Shown: positions 1-12,543 of the stretch, one piece after another
Numbering within the stretch: position 1 is the first letter of the stretch
Layout: each line of letters opens with the position of its first letter
Origin: the human T2T-CHM13v2.0 reference genome, Homo sapiens
NCBI RefSeq assembly: GCF_009914755.1
Contig: NC_060930.1
DNA: 64,000 nt
Reading direction: 5' to 3' (one strand)
Notes under the pieces: model-generated
Database searches by the model: none
What the model was told of the DNA's origin: nothing
What the model saw: only the letters and a program-made list of their open reading frames with translations
Position numbers and translations under genes: made by a program

Positions 1-129
1 AAATTTCATCTATAGATCAAAAAGAAGGTAGGCAGCGGGGATCCTCATTTATCAGTCCTTAACATATCATGAGTCACACACATCTAAACTAATTGCCCTC
101 TATAGCTGCTGTATAGTTGTCATCCTAGG

Positions 130-615
130 ATCTTCCTTTATCATCTTTGCCTCTTTCCAGTGATGAATCTCCTCCTCTTGTATCTCATATCTTCTTCTTT
201 CTTGGTCTATTTTCTTATTTTGGTTGAGCAAATCCCTTAAGGATATGGTTGAGAAAAGGTTCAAGGGGAGTAAATTTTTTGAGACTCTGAAGATTTGAAA
301 ATGTCTTATTCTACCCTTTCTTATAGGTGATATTTAGGCTGGGTATAGAATTCTAAATTGAAGGTAATTTTCCTTCAGAAATTTTGAGACTCACTTTTTG
401 CTTTCTAGCTTCTAGTTGCAATTGAGAAATCAAAAGACATTCTGATTCCTAATACTTTGTAAGTGACTTGTGTTTTCCTTGGAAGCTTTTGGGATCTTTT
501 CCTAGTCTCTAATGTTCTGAAAGTTCACAGTAATATATCTCCCCTGGGTCCACTTGGATCCATTATGCTAGACATCTGGTTATTTTTTTCAATATGGAAA
601 CACAAATCCTTTAGC
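130..615 (-). mobile_element. Ancient L1M/HAL1-type LINE fragment
   Basis: Diverged antisense L1 motifs such as ggctgggtatagaattcta...ttttccttcagaa and ttgagaaatcaaaagacattctgattcc; boundaries approximate. Confidence 0.55.
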
Positions 616-636
616 TGATAATTTTGAACCATCAAC

Positions 637-1071
637 TGAGAATTAAAATGAAGCCTCTACCCTCTTAGGAAAAGACTATTTTATAAAATCAATTTTAAAT
701 CTGTCTGATCAATCAATGACAACTTGCCTCCATCTAATCCATCAGGAATAACTTGCTCCATCCAACACACTTCTAAAAACCAACCAATCAATGATAGCCT
801 TTGAGGGTTAGTCAGTCAGCAGCCAACTTACTCTAGTGAAGTCTTGTCTAAGTGAGCACAGTTCTGAGGCTAACTTCAGCCTACTCCCATCTCTGAAACC
901 ATCAAATAATCCCAAAATAATCTCTGATTTCAAAATTTTATATAAATTCAACAGTCTGCTTTGAGAAATTGTTCCTGACCATTTTTCTTCATTACATAAG
1001 CAAAATAGAGAAGCAAGTCCCTCTGTATAACTCCCAATTGTGTACTTCCTCATCTTCAGATGCAACTGACA
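637..1071 (+). mobile_element. Possible old solo LTR, family unassigned
   Basis: TG...CA ends, internal repeats (caatcaatga x2, aacttgc(c)tccatc x2) and TATA-like tatataaa near 940; no clear TSD. Confidence 0.3.
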
Positions 1072-1589
1072 CTTTTTTAGTTTGAATTCCTTTAAATTAT
1101 TTTTTCAAATTTTATTTTTCTACCCCTTATGCATATATCTCTAAACTGAGAAGTGGGCACAAACCTAGCTATATAAGCAAAATACAACACAGCCTCCGTT
1201 AGATGAAGGCGCCCAGGAGTTGAGTGGAGTCTCTTGGTCATGGCATTTTATTTCAGATACAGAGTGGCACCATTTTCCTTTACATAACTACCAGTTTGAA
1301 ACACAATGACCAAATGCTCTCTTACACTTATGATCACTCTCACACCAGAAACTGACATGGGTATCATGTGCTACGGTTTATAATGTGTGTTTTACATGTA
1401 AAGTCTCATTGTGACTCTGGTCTTCAGAGTCCCTGGATTGCTTGCCCTAGTCTTGGTTCCCCTCAGCATAAGTCTCCCCTCTCAACCACATGCTGAATCT
1501 AATACCTCCTACTTGAAGCCTTCTAACTCTTCACAGGACAAGAACAATCAATTATCCAAAGAGAAAGAGCAATGAATGGGTAATAAGGA

Positions 1590-1915
1590 CAGTTGGGTTG
1601 AAGCCCCAGTTCAGCAAATAATCAAGTGGCCTGAAGCACATGTCTTCATGTTCTTCACTGTGTTTCAGCTTTCCTGTCTGCAAATAAAGCTTGGGCCAAA
1701 TCTATATAGTTCTCAATCCTGACTGCATATGAGAATTACCTAGCAATTATTTAAAAATACTGACTCTTGGGCTCTACTTCAGACCAATTAAATCAGAATC
1801 TCTAGGGGTAGGGTCTGGGCATCAGTATTTAAGTCTATGATTCTAATGTACAACCAGAACTATTGAGCCAAATGAGCTCTGAGGTTCCATTCAGTGCTCA
1901 CACTTGGAATTCTAG
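1590..1915 (+). mobile_element. MIR3-like SINE split by MER5
   Basis: MIR core (tttcagctttcctgtctgcaaat) before the MER5 and MIR3 tail (ctctgaggttccattcagtgctc) after it. Confidence 0.55.
1708..1865. mobile_element. MER5A/MER5B (hAT-Charlie)
   Basis: gttctcaatcctgactgcatatgagaattacct...agaccaattaaatcagaatctctagggg. Confidence 0.8.
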
Positions 1916-2389
1916 GAAGTACCATCATATTTCATTGAATAAGGTGGGCATTGTGTTGCTAGGACTCTGTTCTTTGGTTTTATAAGGGAATAAGAAGTGT
2001 GAAAAGGGACAATACAGAACATTTGTGATGTAAATTATTTATACTGATGAGCAGTATGCATAATAGAAACTTGTAGAAATCAATGAACATAAAGTATAGA
2101 TTACAATCTCTTCTCAACTATGCCTATAGCTGGTGACTGTCATTGCTAGTGATAAACAGGGGGTAGGGGGACACCCATTAATCATCCTGTAGATCACTGA
2201 GGCTGTGTATATTGGGAGAAGCGGGTAGCTCCCGCTAGTCAGAGCCTTACTCACAGCAGCTGAAAAATCACATAATCCACATCTCCAGAATCCAGGGTCT
2301 CTTCAGGAGCAAAGGTTGAGCACAGATCCGGACATTATTAAATACATCATCCCTATAGTACATGTTAATTGAGGTGGCAGTTTGGCTCC

Positions 2390-2800
2390 TGTCTTAGTCT
2401 GGTTAGTGTTGCTATGAATAAACACCTGAGGCTGGATATTTATAAAGAAAAAAGGCTTATTTGGCTTATGATTCTGATGTCTGGAAAAATTTAGGATTGG
2501 GAATCTGCATCTGGGATGAACCACAGACTTCCTCCACTTAGGGAAAGGGAGCCAGCTGTGCAGAGATCACATGGTGAGAGAAGAAGCCAGGGAAAGAAGG
2601 AAGTGCCATGCTCTTTTCAACAACCAGCTCTCAGGGAAACAAATAGAGTGAGAACTCACTCATTACCATCAGGAAGCCACCAAGCCATTCATGAGGGATC
2701 TGCCTCCATGACGCAAACATCTCCCATTATGCCCCACCTCCAACACTGGGAACCAAATTTCAGCATGAGGTTTTAGGAGACAAACATCTAAACTATAGCA
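2390..2800 (-). mobile_element. MSTB1/MSTB2-type MaLR LTR (3' LTR of the provirus at 2390-7224)
   Basis: tgtcttagtc...aaactatagca termini; 5-bp TSD gctcc (2385-2389) / tctcc (7225-7229) flanks the whole element. Confidence 0.9.
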
Positions 2801-3784
2801 TTCTTCTTCTAGCCTCCCAAATCTCATGTCCTCACATACAAAATACAATCGTTCTATCCCAGTAGTCCCCAAAAGTCTTGTTCCAGCATCAATTCAAAAG
2901 TCCGAAGTCTCATTTGAGACTCAAGGCAAGTTTCTTACAGCTATGAGACTGTAAAATACCAAACAAGTTATTTACTTCCTTCCAAGATATAATGGTGGGA
3001 CAGGCATTAGGTAAGCACTCCCATTTCAAAAGGGAGAAATCAGCCAAAAGGAATGGGTGCAAGGTCCCAGGCCAGTGCAAAAGCCAGCAGGGAAGACATT
3101 AAACTTTAGAACTCCAAAATAATCCTCAACTCCATGTCCTGCATTCTGGGCACATTGGTTTAAGGGGTGGGTTCCCAAGGCCTTGGGCAGCCCTGCCCTC
3201 ATGGCTTTGCTGGGCACAGTACACGTAGCTGTTCTCTCAAGTTGGAGTCAAATGCCTGTGGCTTTTCCAGGTTGAAGTTATGCACTACAGGTGACTATAA
3301 TTCTGGGGTCTAGAGGGTGATGGCCCTGCTTCCATAGCTCTACTAGACAGTGCCCCAGTGGGTACCTTCTGTGAGGGATCCAGCCCCATATGTCTGCTCA
3401 GCATTGTCTTACTAGAGTCTTTCCATGAGGGCTCTGCCCCTGCAGCAGGGTTCCTTCTGGGCACCCAAGCTTTCTGATACATCCTCTTAAACCTAGGTGG
3501 AGGATACCAAGCCTCCACCACTCTTGCATTCTGGACACCTGCAGACTTAACACCATGTGGAAGCCACCAAAGCTTACTGCTTGCACTCTCCGGAGCAATG
3601 GCCCACGTCATACCTGGGATCATTAGAATCACAGCTGGAGCTGGAGTGGCCTGGATGCAGGGAGCAGCATTCCAAGGCATCCCAGGGAAGATGTGCCCCA
3701 GGCCTGTACCCCCAAACCATTCTGTCTTCTTCGGCTTCTGGGACTGTGATGGGAGGGCAAATTTAAAGATTTCTGAAATGCCTT

Positions 3785-5373
3785 TGATGGCAGCAGCGGC
3801 CTTTCTGGAGCAGCCACTGTGGGCATGCCAGGTGCAGTGGGGGAGGTGCAGTGGGGGAGGTGCAGCTGGGGCTGGGTGCTCCACAGGTGGGAGCCCTGCC
3901 CCCTTTCAAGTTGGCAGGATGGGAGTCCTGCACTCCTGGGCGCAGCTGCCCAGGCGAAGCTGCAGACCCGGGCATCCCTGTGCTCTCGGGGGCCCAAGAA
4001 GCCCGCCTTCCCCTGCAGACCTGGAAGTGCCTACTCTCGCTGCCTGGCCTCTCCCTACTCTCCGTGCTCGCTCCAATTTTGGAGCAAAGTTGAAGCCGAG
4101 CCTGGGTGCTGTCTCAACCTGGCTGGGTGTATGCACGCTCAGCGTGATGCTGACACACCAGCCCCCTGCTGCCTCGGCCCTTTCCGGACTTTGGACACTG
4201 AAGAGCACGGGAGGGAGGTCAAGTAGGGGCTGAGGGTGGCTTGGCATGGGCCTGCAGCCCCTTGGCACAAAGAGCCTAGGTGCCATAGACAATATGATTG
4301 ATGGTGGCAGGAAGCAGACAGGCTCCTGGACAGAAAGGGATGGGTCCTCAGTGAAGCCCTTCCTTCAAGCCAGGGACAGACTGAAGTCTGAGGGCCAGGC
4401 TGTCAGTTCCTGGTGAAGTCTGCAGCCCAGCCGAGAGTGAGAACTTATGGTGCTTTTTCTAAGACTGTCCACGGACCAATCAGCATGACTTCCTCCCTTC
4501 TGAGCCCATAAAAATCCCAGACCAAGCCAGACTCACAGAGACCTCCAGACTACCAGCTGCCAGAAGGAGCTACCCACTGCGGGTATCCTTGACTTGTCAG
4601 GACAGTCTGTCTGTGGAAAGGAGCTACTCACTGCAGGTCTCCTCTCCACTGAGAGCTGGACACTTATCAGGATGATCTGCCTGTAGGAAGGAGCTACCCA
4701 CTTCGGGTCTTCCTGAGAACTGTTCTGCTGCTCAGTGAGGCTCCTCTCCATCTTGCTCACCCTCCAGTTGTCCACATACCTCATTCTTCCTGGATGTAGT
4801 ACAAGAACTTGGGACCCACTGAATGGTGGGACTAAAAGAGCTGTAACACAAACAGGGCTGAAACATGCCACCCAACTACCCACGTTGCTGGCGATGAGAT
4901 GGAGAGAAGAACTGAGGCCCTTCAGGGAGCCCGGACCCAGGGGCTCCCTGAGTCAGGGCTGTGACACCATCTTGGGGCTCTGTGGTTCCTGGCATCCCCA
5001 AGCTTCCAGGCACCACTGCGTTTCCCTCATCCAGAAGCAGGTGCCCACAGCAGAAGCCATGTGCAGTACATCTGGTCCAGCTGCAGCCTTGTATGGAGCC
5101 AACACCTGTGCCAGCACCTGGAGCTGCCTGTCCCACCGTAGGTGTGACTGGCTGGGCACAGTGGCTGGACCCCATGCTCACTCGCCAACATACCCCTTAT
5201 CACTCCATGCCTGGCTCACCCTTGGTAGGTGTGGGATCCAGACTGGTAGCATGAGCTGAGTGCAGCCTGCTGGGCCAAATGGGCAGAATGAGGCCAGCAG
5301 GTGTGAGCAATACTCAAGCAGAAGGCACTGCTGGCCACAGCTGGTGAAACAACTCACCAAGGATCCCGTGACA
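3785..5373 (+). mobile_element. MER52 solo LTR (ERV1)
   Basis: Starts tgatggcagcagcgg and ends ggatcccgtgaca; perfect 4-bp TSD CCTT (3781-3784, 5374-5377); GC-rich with ggagctacccact repeats, CCAAT at 4476-4480 and cataaaaa at 4507-4514. Confidence 0.9.
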
Positions 5374-5698
5374 CCTTCAGGGCCTTTTTCCCATTGTGTT
5401 AACTATTAGCACCTGGCTGTCTTTTATTACCTGTGTTAATCTCTCTAGCAAGTGCTTGCTGGCCAGTACCCTTGGATTTCTCTCCTGAAAATGCTTTTTC
5501 CTTTTCTACCACATTGCCAAGTGGTGAATTTTCCTAATTTTACATTCTGCTTCCCTTTTAATTACAAATTCCACATTTAGGTCATTCCTTTGCTGCACAT
5601 CTGATTGTAGGTTTTTAGAAGAAGCCACATCACTTATTGAAGGCTTTGTTGCTTAGAAGTTTCTTTCACAGTATACCGTAGGTCATTCCTCTTAAGTT

Positions 5699-6463
5699 TG
5701 TTATCACACTGAACTGGGATCCACTTGGCTGTTGCAGTAAGGCTAAAACATCCACACCAAGGTTTGCAATAAGAGAAAGGTGGGCATTTGTTTGCAGGGC
5801 ACCAAGCAAGGAGAATCTGACAGCTCACACTTAAGACCCTACTTCTCCAGTGGCTTGCAGGTAAGAGTTTTTAAATACAGGGAGGCAGAGGTTAAAGGCA
5901 AAGTCATAAATCATCACATAGAGCCTATGTACTGGCTTAATCTAAAAAGGCAGGACATCTTAACGCAGGGGCCCACAAGTCATAGTAGATTCAAAGATTT
6001 TCTGATTTGTGACTGGTTAAGAAAATGAAAATTTGTCTAAAACTTTTGGGTCAGCAGAAAAGAATGTTAGCTCTGGCTTGTGAGTGTGGCTTCCTCCTGG
6101 CCCCTCAGGAAGAAATCTAGAACAAAGAACAGTGGTCAAAGCTTAGTTCTCAGATCCCCCTTATCTTAGATCTACATGCCAGCGAACCTGTTTCATGAGG
6201 GTCCAGGTTTCTGGAAAACAGCTCAGGGACATATGTTAAATATTGTCTTCAGTTTCTTTGGGGAACCAAATACCCTGTGATTCTAACTTCCTTGGCTGTT
6301 TTTAAGTTACTATTACCTTCTTGCTTATCAAGTTGCTCATTTGCTTCTCAGGGTTCCTGGAATTCCCCTTAAATGAATTCAAGATTTTCATTTATTTCCA
6401 TGGTTTGGAAGGGGTAGGAGAGGTGCCTGACAGGCCCCTGAGAGGGGTCTTTGCTCTGTCTCA
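5699..6463 (-). mobile_element. MER39 solo LTR (ERV1)
   Basis: Reverse complement starts tgagacagagc and ends gataaca; perfect 4-bp TSD AGTT (5695-5698, 6464-6467). Confidence 0.9.
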
Positions 6464-6788
6464 AGTTCAGCCTTGCACAAAGCCTTAGGGCACGGACTGA
6501 ACACAGCTAGGTTCTCTGCTACCCCTTAGGGCAAAGTGACCCTTGCTTCAGTTACCAGTAAGTTTCTGATTTCCATTTGAGGCCTCCTCAGCATGGCCTT
6601 TACTGTCTATATTTCTATTAGAATTTTGGTCACAACCGCTTAACCAATTTCTAGAAAGTTTCAAACTTTCCCTAGACTTTCTGTCTTCTTTGGAGCCCTC
6701 CAAACTCTGCCTATTACCCAGTTCCAAAGCTGCTTCCACATTTTCAGGCATCCTTATAGCAACACCCCACTCATTGGTACCAATTTTC

Positions 6789-7224
6789 TGTCTTAGTCCT
6801 TGTAGTGTTACTATAAAGAATCCTTGAGGCTGTATAATTTGTAAAGAAAAGAGGTTTATTGGTCTCACAGTTCTGCATGCTGTACAAGAAGCATGGCCCC
6901 AGAATCTGCATCTAATGAGAGCCTCAAGCTGCTTCCACTCATGCAGAAGGTAAAGGAGAACCAGCATGTGCAGAGATCACACGGTGAGAGAGGACACAAG
7001 GTGTGGGGAGGCACCGGGCTCTTTTTAACAACCAGCTCTCAAGGAAACTAATAGCGTTTCCAGCTCTCAAGGAAACTAACTCACTTATTACCACAAAGAC
7101 AGCACCAAGCCGTTCATGAGAGATCTTCCCCCATTACTCAAGCACTTCCCATTAGGCCCCACCTTTAACATTGGGGATCAAATTTTAACGTGGGGTTTCA
7201 GGGGACAAACATCCCACTATAGCA
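6789..7224 (-). mobile_element. MSTB1-type MaLR LTR (5' LTR of the provirus)
   Basis: tgtcttagtcc...cactatagca termini, preceded by the MST-int junction ggtaccaattttc. Confidence 0.9.
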
Positions 7225-7529
7225 TCTCCCACAGACTCCTCGAGAGGGCAGGCCATCAGGGGCCATGTCTGTACTCTGTTATGTGCCCTCCAGGAATTGT
7301 TGGAGCTGACTTTTTCAAAAGCGGTTTCTTGAGAAAAATTTCACTCCTCCCGCTGCTTAGATCCTTGAAGTAGTCCTGTTATCTGCCCATTCTGCATCCT
7401 GGTATTTCGCTATTCCTTTGATTTTTGTCAGCTATTCCAGTGTCCTTCAGACAAAAGTTCTTTTTTTAATTTAACCTAGCTAGTCAGTTTTTGTTGCTTG
7501 CAACCAAAAGATTACAATTTCTACCTCAA

Positions 7530-7740
7530 AATAATAATAGCTTACAGTTATTGAACATCTTATATTCATCAGGTATTCAAATACCTAATTGCTAATCCTA
7601 AATGCAACTAGAGTTATCCACATTGTACAATGAAGATACTGAGGTTGTGAATAATTTTCTCAAAAATATAAAGCTAGTAAGCAGCAGAGCCATGATTTGA
7701 ACTTGCTTTTCTCTAACTACAAATCTTACTGTTTTTATGA
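7530..7740 (-). mobile_element. MIR
   Basis: atgaagatactgaggtt...ctagtaagcagcagagccatgatttgaac. Confidence 0.7.
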
Positions 7741-8149
7741 TTTTCTTGTCTGCTATTCCATGCTACTTCTGACAAAGATTTTAACACCTAGTGACTAGTC
7801 CTTTCTACTACTTTCACCCACATGCAAACTCATAAAATTGTGCTCTAACTACACCTCACAAAGAAGATGGAAAAGGGCAAGAAAGATTAATCTGTGCCCC
7901 ACATGGACCTGTCTTTCCTCTTGATGACAGGAGTTTGCAGGGGTCAAAGCCAGGATCTCAGCCCAGAGTGCTTGTAGGCGCTTAGTCAATACTAATCAAG
8001 GGAGATGATAAAGGACAAAAACTCATTTCCCCAAAACTTTGGCAAAGGGAGATTCAGTCTCAACAAATTTGTAAGTCAGATAGACATGCCAGGGTAGATA
8101 TAGATAAACATCCTGTCATTGAAGAATAGTGCTAGAAAGGACTACAGAA

Positions 8150-8290
8150 GCAATGTCACTTAATTCCTGCCCTTTTCAGGTGGGAGAACTGAGGTTCAGA
8201 GAAGGGAAGGGATGTGCTCAGATAGCTCAGCAACACGGTGGCCGTGGCAGCCTGACCTCAATTTCTATGGTGTTTTCCACTAGCCCATGC
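8150..8290 (-). mobile_element. MIR/MIR3 fragment
   Basis: ttttcaggtgggagaactgaggttcagagaagggaagg. Confidence 0.6.
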
Positions 8291-8959
8291 CCAGGAGATT
8301 ATTCATCCCATCAATTCTGTCACTTTAATATCCCTATCTGTGATGGTAATGCTGATTTCCAAAGGGAGTTAGATTTACAAACTGGCCTTTGTTCCCCATC
8401 ACCCAAATAAAGTACAAGATCTTGTACAAGATTTTGTCCTAATGGAACACTGGCTTTCAACGGGAAGTCTCTATTCTCCCACATGGAGATCTCGTAATCA
8501 TTTTGTTACTTTCTAGGAAGACATTTCTCTGGGGAGTCTTATTTTGTTATTGGATTTATAAGATGCAGGTGTGCAGAAGTGGAAGAAAATTGATGTCATG
8601 GCACCTGAAAGAGAAGAACCCCAGAGGGGGCTGGATTTCAAATGGACACCCTCTGTGCCATAGGTGATGTTACGCTAATGACCACATGCTGGTGATGTTG
8701 CTCAGAGAACCCTGAGCAGTCTCCCCCAATGACTCAGCCCATTGGTCTATTTCTCCTAAGATGTCAGCAGGCATGAAAGCCCCCAGTCATCTTCTTGGGT
8801 TCTAAGAATGTGCAAATTTCTCACTGGTGAAACCACCCGCTGCTTCCTTCAAAAGGGCACTGCAGATTGAAGGGGTTTCTGGACCTGGGGGAGGATGTGA
8901 TCTGTAGGAGTTTACTGTGCCTCACATCACTGATTTCAGCACATTTGTGGGAACAGAGT

Positions 8960-9232
8960 CTTGCCTTAGGGCACAGAAAAATATTTCTGCTTTTCTGCTT
9001 CTGGTCTTTCTCAGAAGCTATGGAACTTAGCCCATGCCTAGGCACAGACAAAAAATGTGGGAGAGGTTGCAATCCCAAGGGCAACTCTCAACTAATGGGG
9101 AACAGAAGCTAGTGGACAAATATCCTAGATTTTCATCCTTCAAATGGCCAATTCTGAGGCATATTCTACATGATTCCCTAAGATTGAACCCCAGTTTCCC
9201 ACAGTAGTCTCCAGCTCAATATTGCACTCTTT
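8960..9232 (+). mobile_element. LTR16-family (ERVL) fragment
   Basis: ggcaactctcaactaatgggg...attctgaggcatattctac...attgaaccccagtt motifs. Confidence 0.5.
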
Positions 9233-9420
9233 CTTTAAAAAATGTGAAAAAGAATATAGTCTCATATATATCTCACACCTATACATACATTACATAGTCT
9301 CACATATATACATATATATCTTATAAAATATAACATTTTAACCATTTTTAAGTGTACAATTCTGTAGTATTAATTACATTTTCAATATTATACAACCATC
9401 ATTTTTATCTATTTCCAAAG

Positions 9421-9769
<349 letters not shown>

Positions 9770-12543
9770 TAAAAAGTCTGTATCCATCAAGCAATAAATT
9801 TATATCTTCTCCTCCTCCCAGTCTCTGGTAACCTCTAATTTATTACTTGGTCTCTAATAAATTTGCCTATTTTAGATATTTCACATAAGTGGAATCATAT
9901 GTTTGTCATTTTGTGTCTGATTTCATTTAGTATTTTCAAGGTTCATCCATGTCGTAGCTTATATTAGAACTTTATTCTTTTTTTATAGCTGAATAATATT
10001 CAATTTTATGTCTATACAGTCAGCCCTTCATACCCATGGTTCTGCATCCATGGATTCAACCAACTGTGAACTGAAAATATTTTTCAAAATGATAAAAGGG
10101 GGAGGTGGCCAAGATGACTTACTAGAAACAGCTAGTGTGCATGGCTGTCGCAGAGCAAAATGGAAGGAGTGAGTAAATATAGCATCTTCAACAGAAACAT
10201 CCAGGTACTCGCACTGGGACTAATTAAGGAAACAACCTGACCCACGGAGAATGGAGAAAAGCAAGGCAGGACAATAGTCCACCCAGGAGCAACACAGAGC
10301 CAAGGGAACCTCCCCCTACCCAGGGAAGCAGTGAGTGAATGTGCAACCCTGGGAACCCATGCCTCTCCCATGGATCTTTGCAACCCTCAGGTCAGGAGAT
10401 CCCCTCTTGAACCCACTCTACCAGGGCCTTCAGAGCTACGTGGAATCTCAGCAGAGCAGCTGCTCAGGCATACGTGGAGACCCAGGAGCCTTAGAAACTT
10501 GGGCTCTCTGGACTTCCCAGAAAAAGTAGCTGCAACTTTGGCAAAGTAGGAGGTTAGACTCCTGCACTTACCCATAGGAATTAGGCTGAATCCGGGGGGC
10601 TGAGCAGCAACAGTCTGCAGTCCCCACTTCTATGGCACCTCGCAGGATAAGACCCACTGGCTTGGAATTCTAGCCAGCCACTGGCAGAAGTGTTATACCT
10701 TGCTGGGATGGAGCTCCTGGGGGAGGGGCAGGCCACCATCTTTGTTGTTTGTGCGACTTAGCCATTCCAGCCTTTGGGCTTTGGAGAGTCCAAGCTGACC
10801 AGGGACAGAAGGGATCTCCCAACACGGCACAGCAGCTCTATATAAATGTGGCCAGACTGCTTTTCTAATCAAGTCCTTGATCCCATTCCTCCTCATTGGG
10901 TGGGATCTCCCAACAAGTGCCTCCAGCCACCCCTACTAGTGTTCTCCAGCCAACAGAAATTTGAAACCTCCCTGGAATGGGGCTCCCAGAGGGAGGGGCA
11001 GGCCACCATCTTTGCTGTTTGGGTGACTTAGCTATTCTGACCTTCAGATTTTGGAAAGTCCAAGGCAACGCGGAGCTGAAGTGGACCCCCAGCACAGCAC
11101 AGCACAGCTGCCCTATGAAAATGTGGTCAAACTGCCTTTTTAAAGAGGTCCCTGATCCTGTTCTTCATCACCAGTTGGGGCCTCCCAAATGGGGTCTCCA
11201 GCTGCCCCCATCGGTATTCTCTGGCTGATAGAGGTTTCAAACCTCTTTGGGTTAGAGCTCCCCGAGGGAGGGGTGGGCCCCCATCTTTGCTGTTTGGGTG
11301 ACTTGGCTATTCCAGCCTTCAAGCTTTGGAGCATATGAGGCAACCGGGGCTGAAGTGGACCCTCAGCACAACACAGCTGCTTTATAAAAATGTGGCCATA
11401 CTGCTTTTTTAAGTGAGTCCTTGATCCACTTCCTCCTCATTGGGCAGGATCTTCCAACTGCAGTCTCCAGCCACTTCCTACAGGTGTGTTTGGGACTGCA
11501 GTAGGTCCATACCTTCCTAGGGTGGAGCTCCCAGAGGGAGGGGTAAGCCACCATCTTTGCTGTTTTGCAGTCTTCACTGGGGATACCTCCAGGTACTAAA
11601 AAATTTGAAGCAACTAGGGACTGGAGCAGGCACCCAGCATAACTCAGCAGCCCTCCAGAAAAGTGGTCAGACTATTACATGGTTGCCTGTTTCCATATCT
11701 CCACCAGGTAGGTCCTCCAGGTCTGGGCCTCCAGCCACCCCAGCAGAGCTATTGAGGCAACAGCAACTCAGAAACTCCTGAGTTGACAGAGCCTCCAGGG
11801 TCAACTAAAAGCCTGTATGCCACTGCCTCTGTGGTGGAACTGCCCTTGCTAACCTCAGACTAACAGGGGAGCAAAGACTCTAAGTGCTTTATCCACACCT
11901 CTAACAAGCTGCAGTCAACCCAAGGAATAAGGCCAGTCTGTCTTTCATCATTCCCCTTCCCACCACTGTTCATCACCAACAGGGAGCCCCTAGCCAGGGC
12001 CCCCAGCACAAATGCTCCGTCATGGACTGATTGCACTGATTGATTGCTGACTTGCATCTCTCTGGGGTAGAGCCCCCAGGAGACAAGCAAAAGACCCTTG
12101 GCCACAACCACTACTAAGGTCCCTGCCTTTGCTGCCTCCAAGTTAGGGAAGGAGCATAAACCCTGACATCACTCCAGAGCTGCAGTGGGCAGCCCAGGAG
12201 TGCCAAGCCACCATCTATAGCCAGCACTCAAGAGGGAGAGGAACCCACACTTTCAGAACACTGAGAGGGAACACAGCTGTAACTGTGAGGAAACATAGGG
12301 GAGCCACACAACTGAGCAAGAGTCTACTAACTGACCAGTAAGCCTAAGTGACACCTACTGGATCACACTCTTAGGCTTCAACGCCAAAAATACCTCACTA
12401 ACATAGCCCCATCTGAAACCAGAGACAAGATGTCAGCTTCAAATAAAAATCCTGCACGCAAAGCCTTTGCCCAGTGAAAACATTAGAAGTCTATTGACTG
12501 TACTCAATCTACACTGCAGTTAAAGGAACACCCACATGTAGAG

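Larger units (their letters stand above)
2801..6788 (-). mobile_element. MST-int MaLR internal region, interrupted by MER52 and MER39
   Basis: Internal sequence reads continuously when the two inserted LTRs are removed (gaaatg-cctt-cagggcc; cttaagtt-cagcc). ORF-track entries 3285-3884 and 6548-6967 are MaLR gag-like remnants. Confidence 0.9.

Noticed and set aside
4731-4746. MER52 poly(A) signal position reads agtgag instead of aataaa
   Set aside because: This may be a subfamily consensus state; I cannot call it a mutation without an alignment.
3285-5360. Dense overlapping ORFs of 100-211 aa
   Set aside because: They lie in GC-rich MER52 and MST-int, are open on both strands because stops are rare, and cross TSD junctions.
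10700-11575. Regular repeats that could suggest a CRISPR-like array or satellite
   Set aside because: Whole units are homologous with no unique spacers, and they sit inside an L1 5'UTR in primate DNA.
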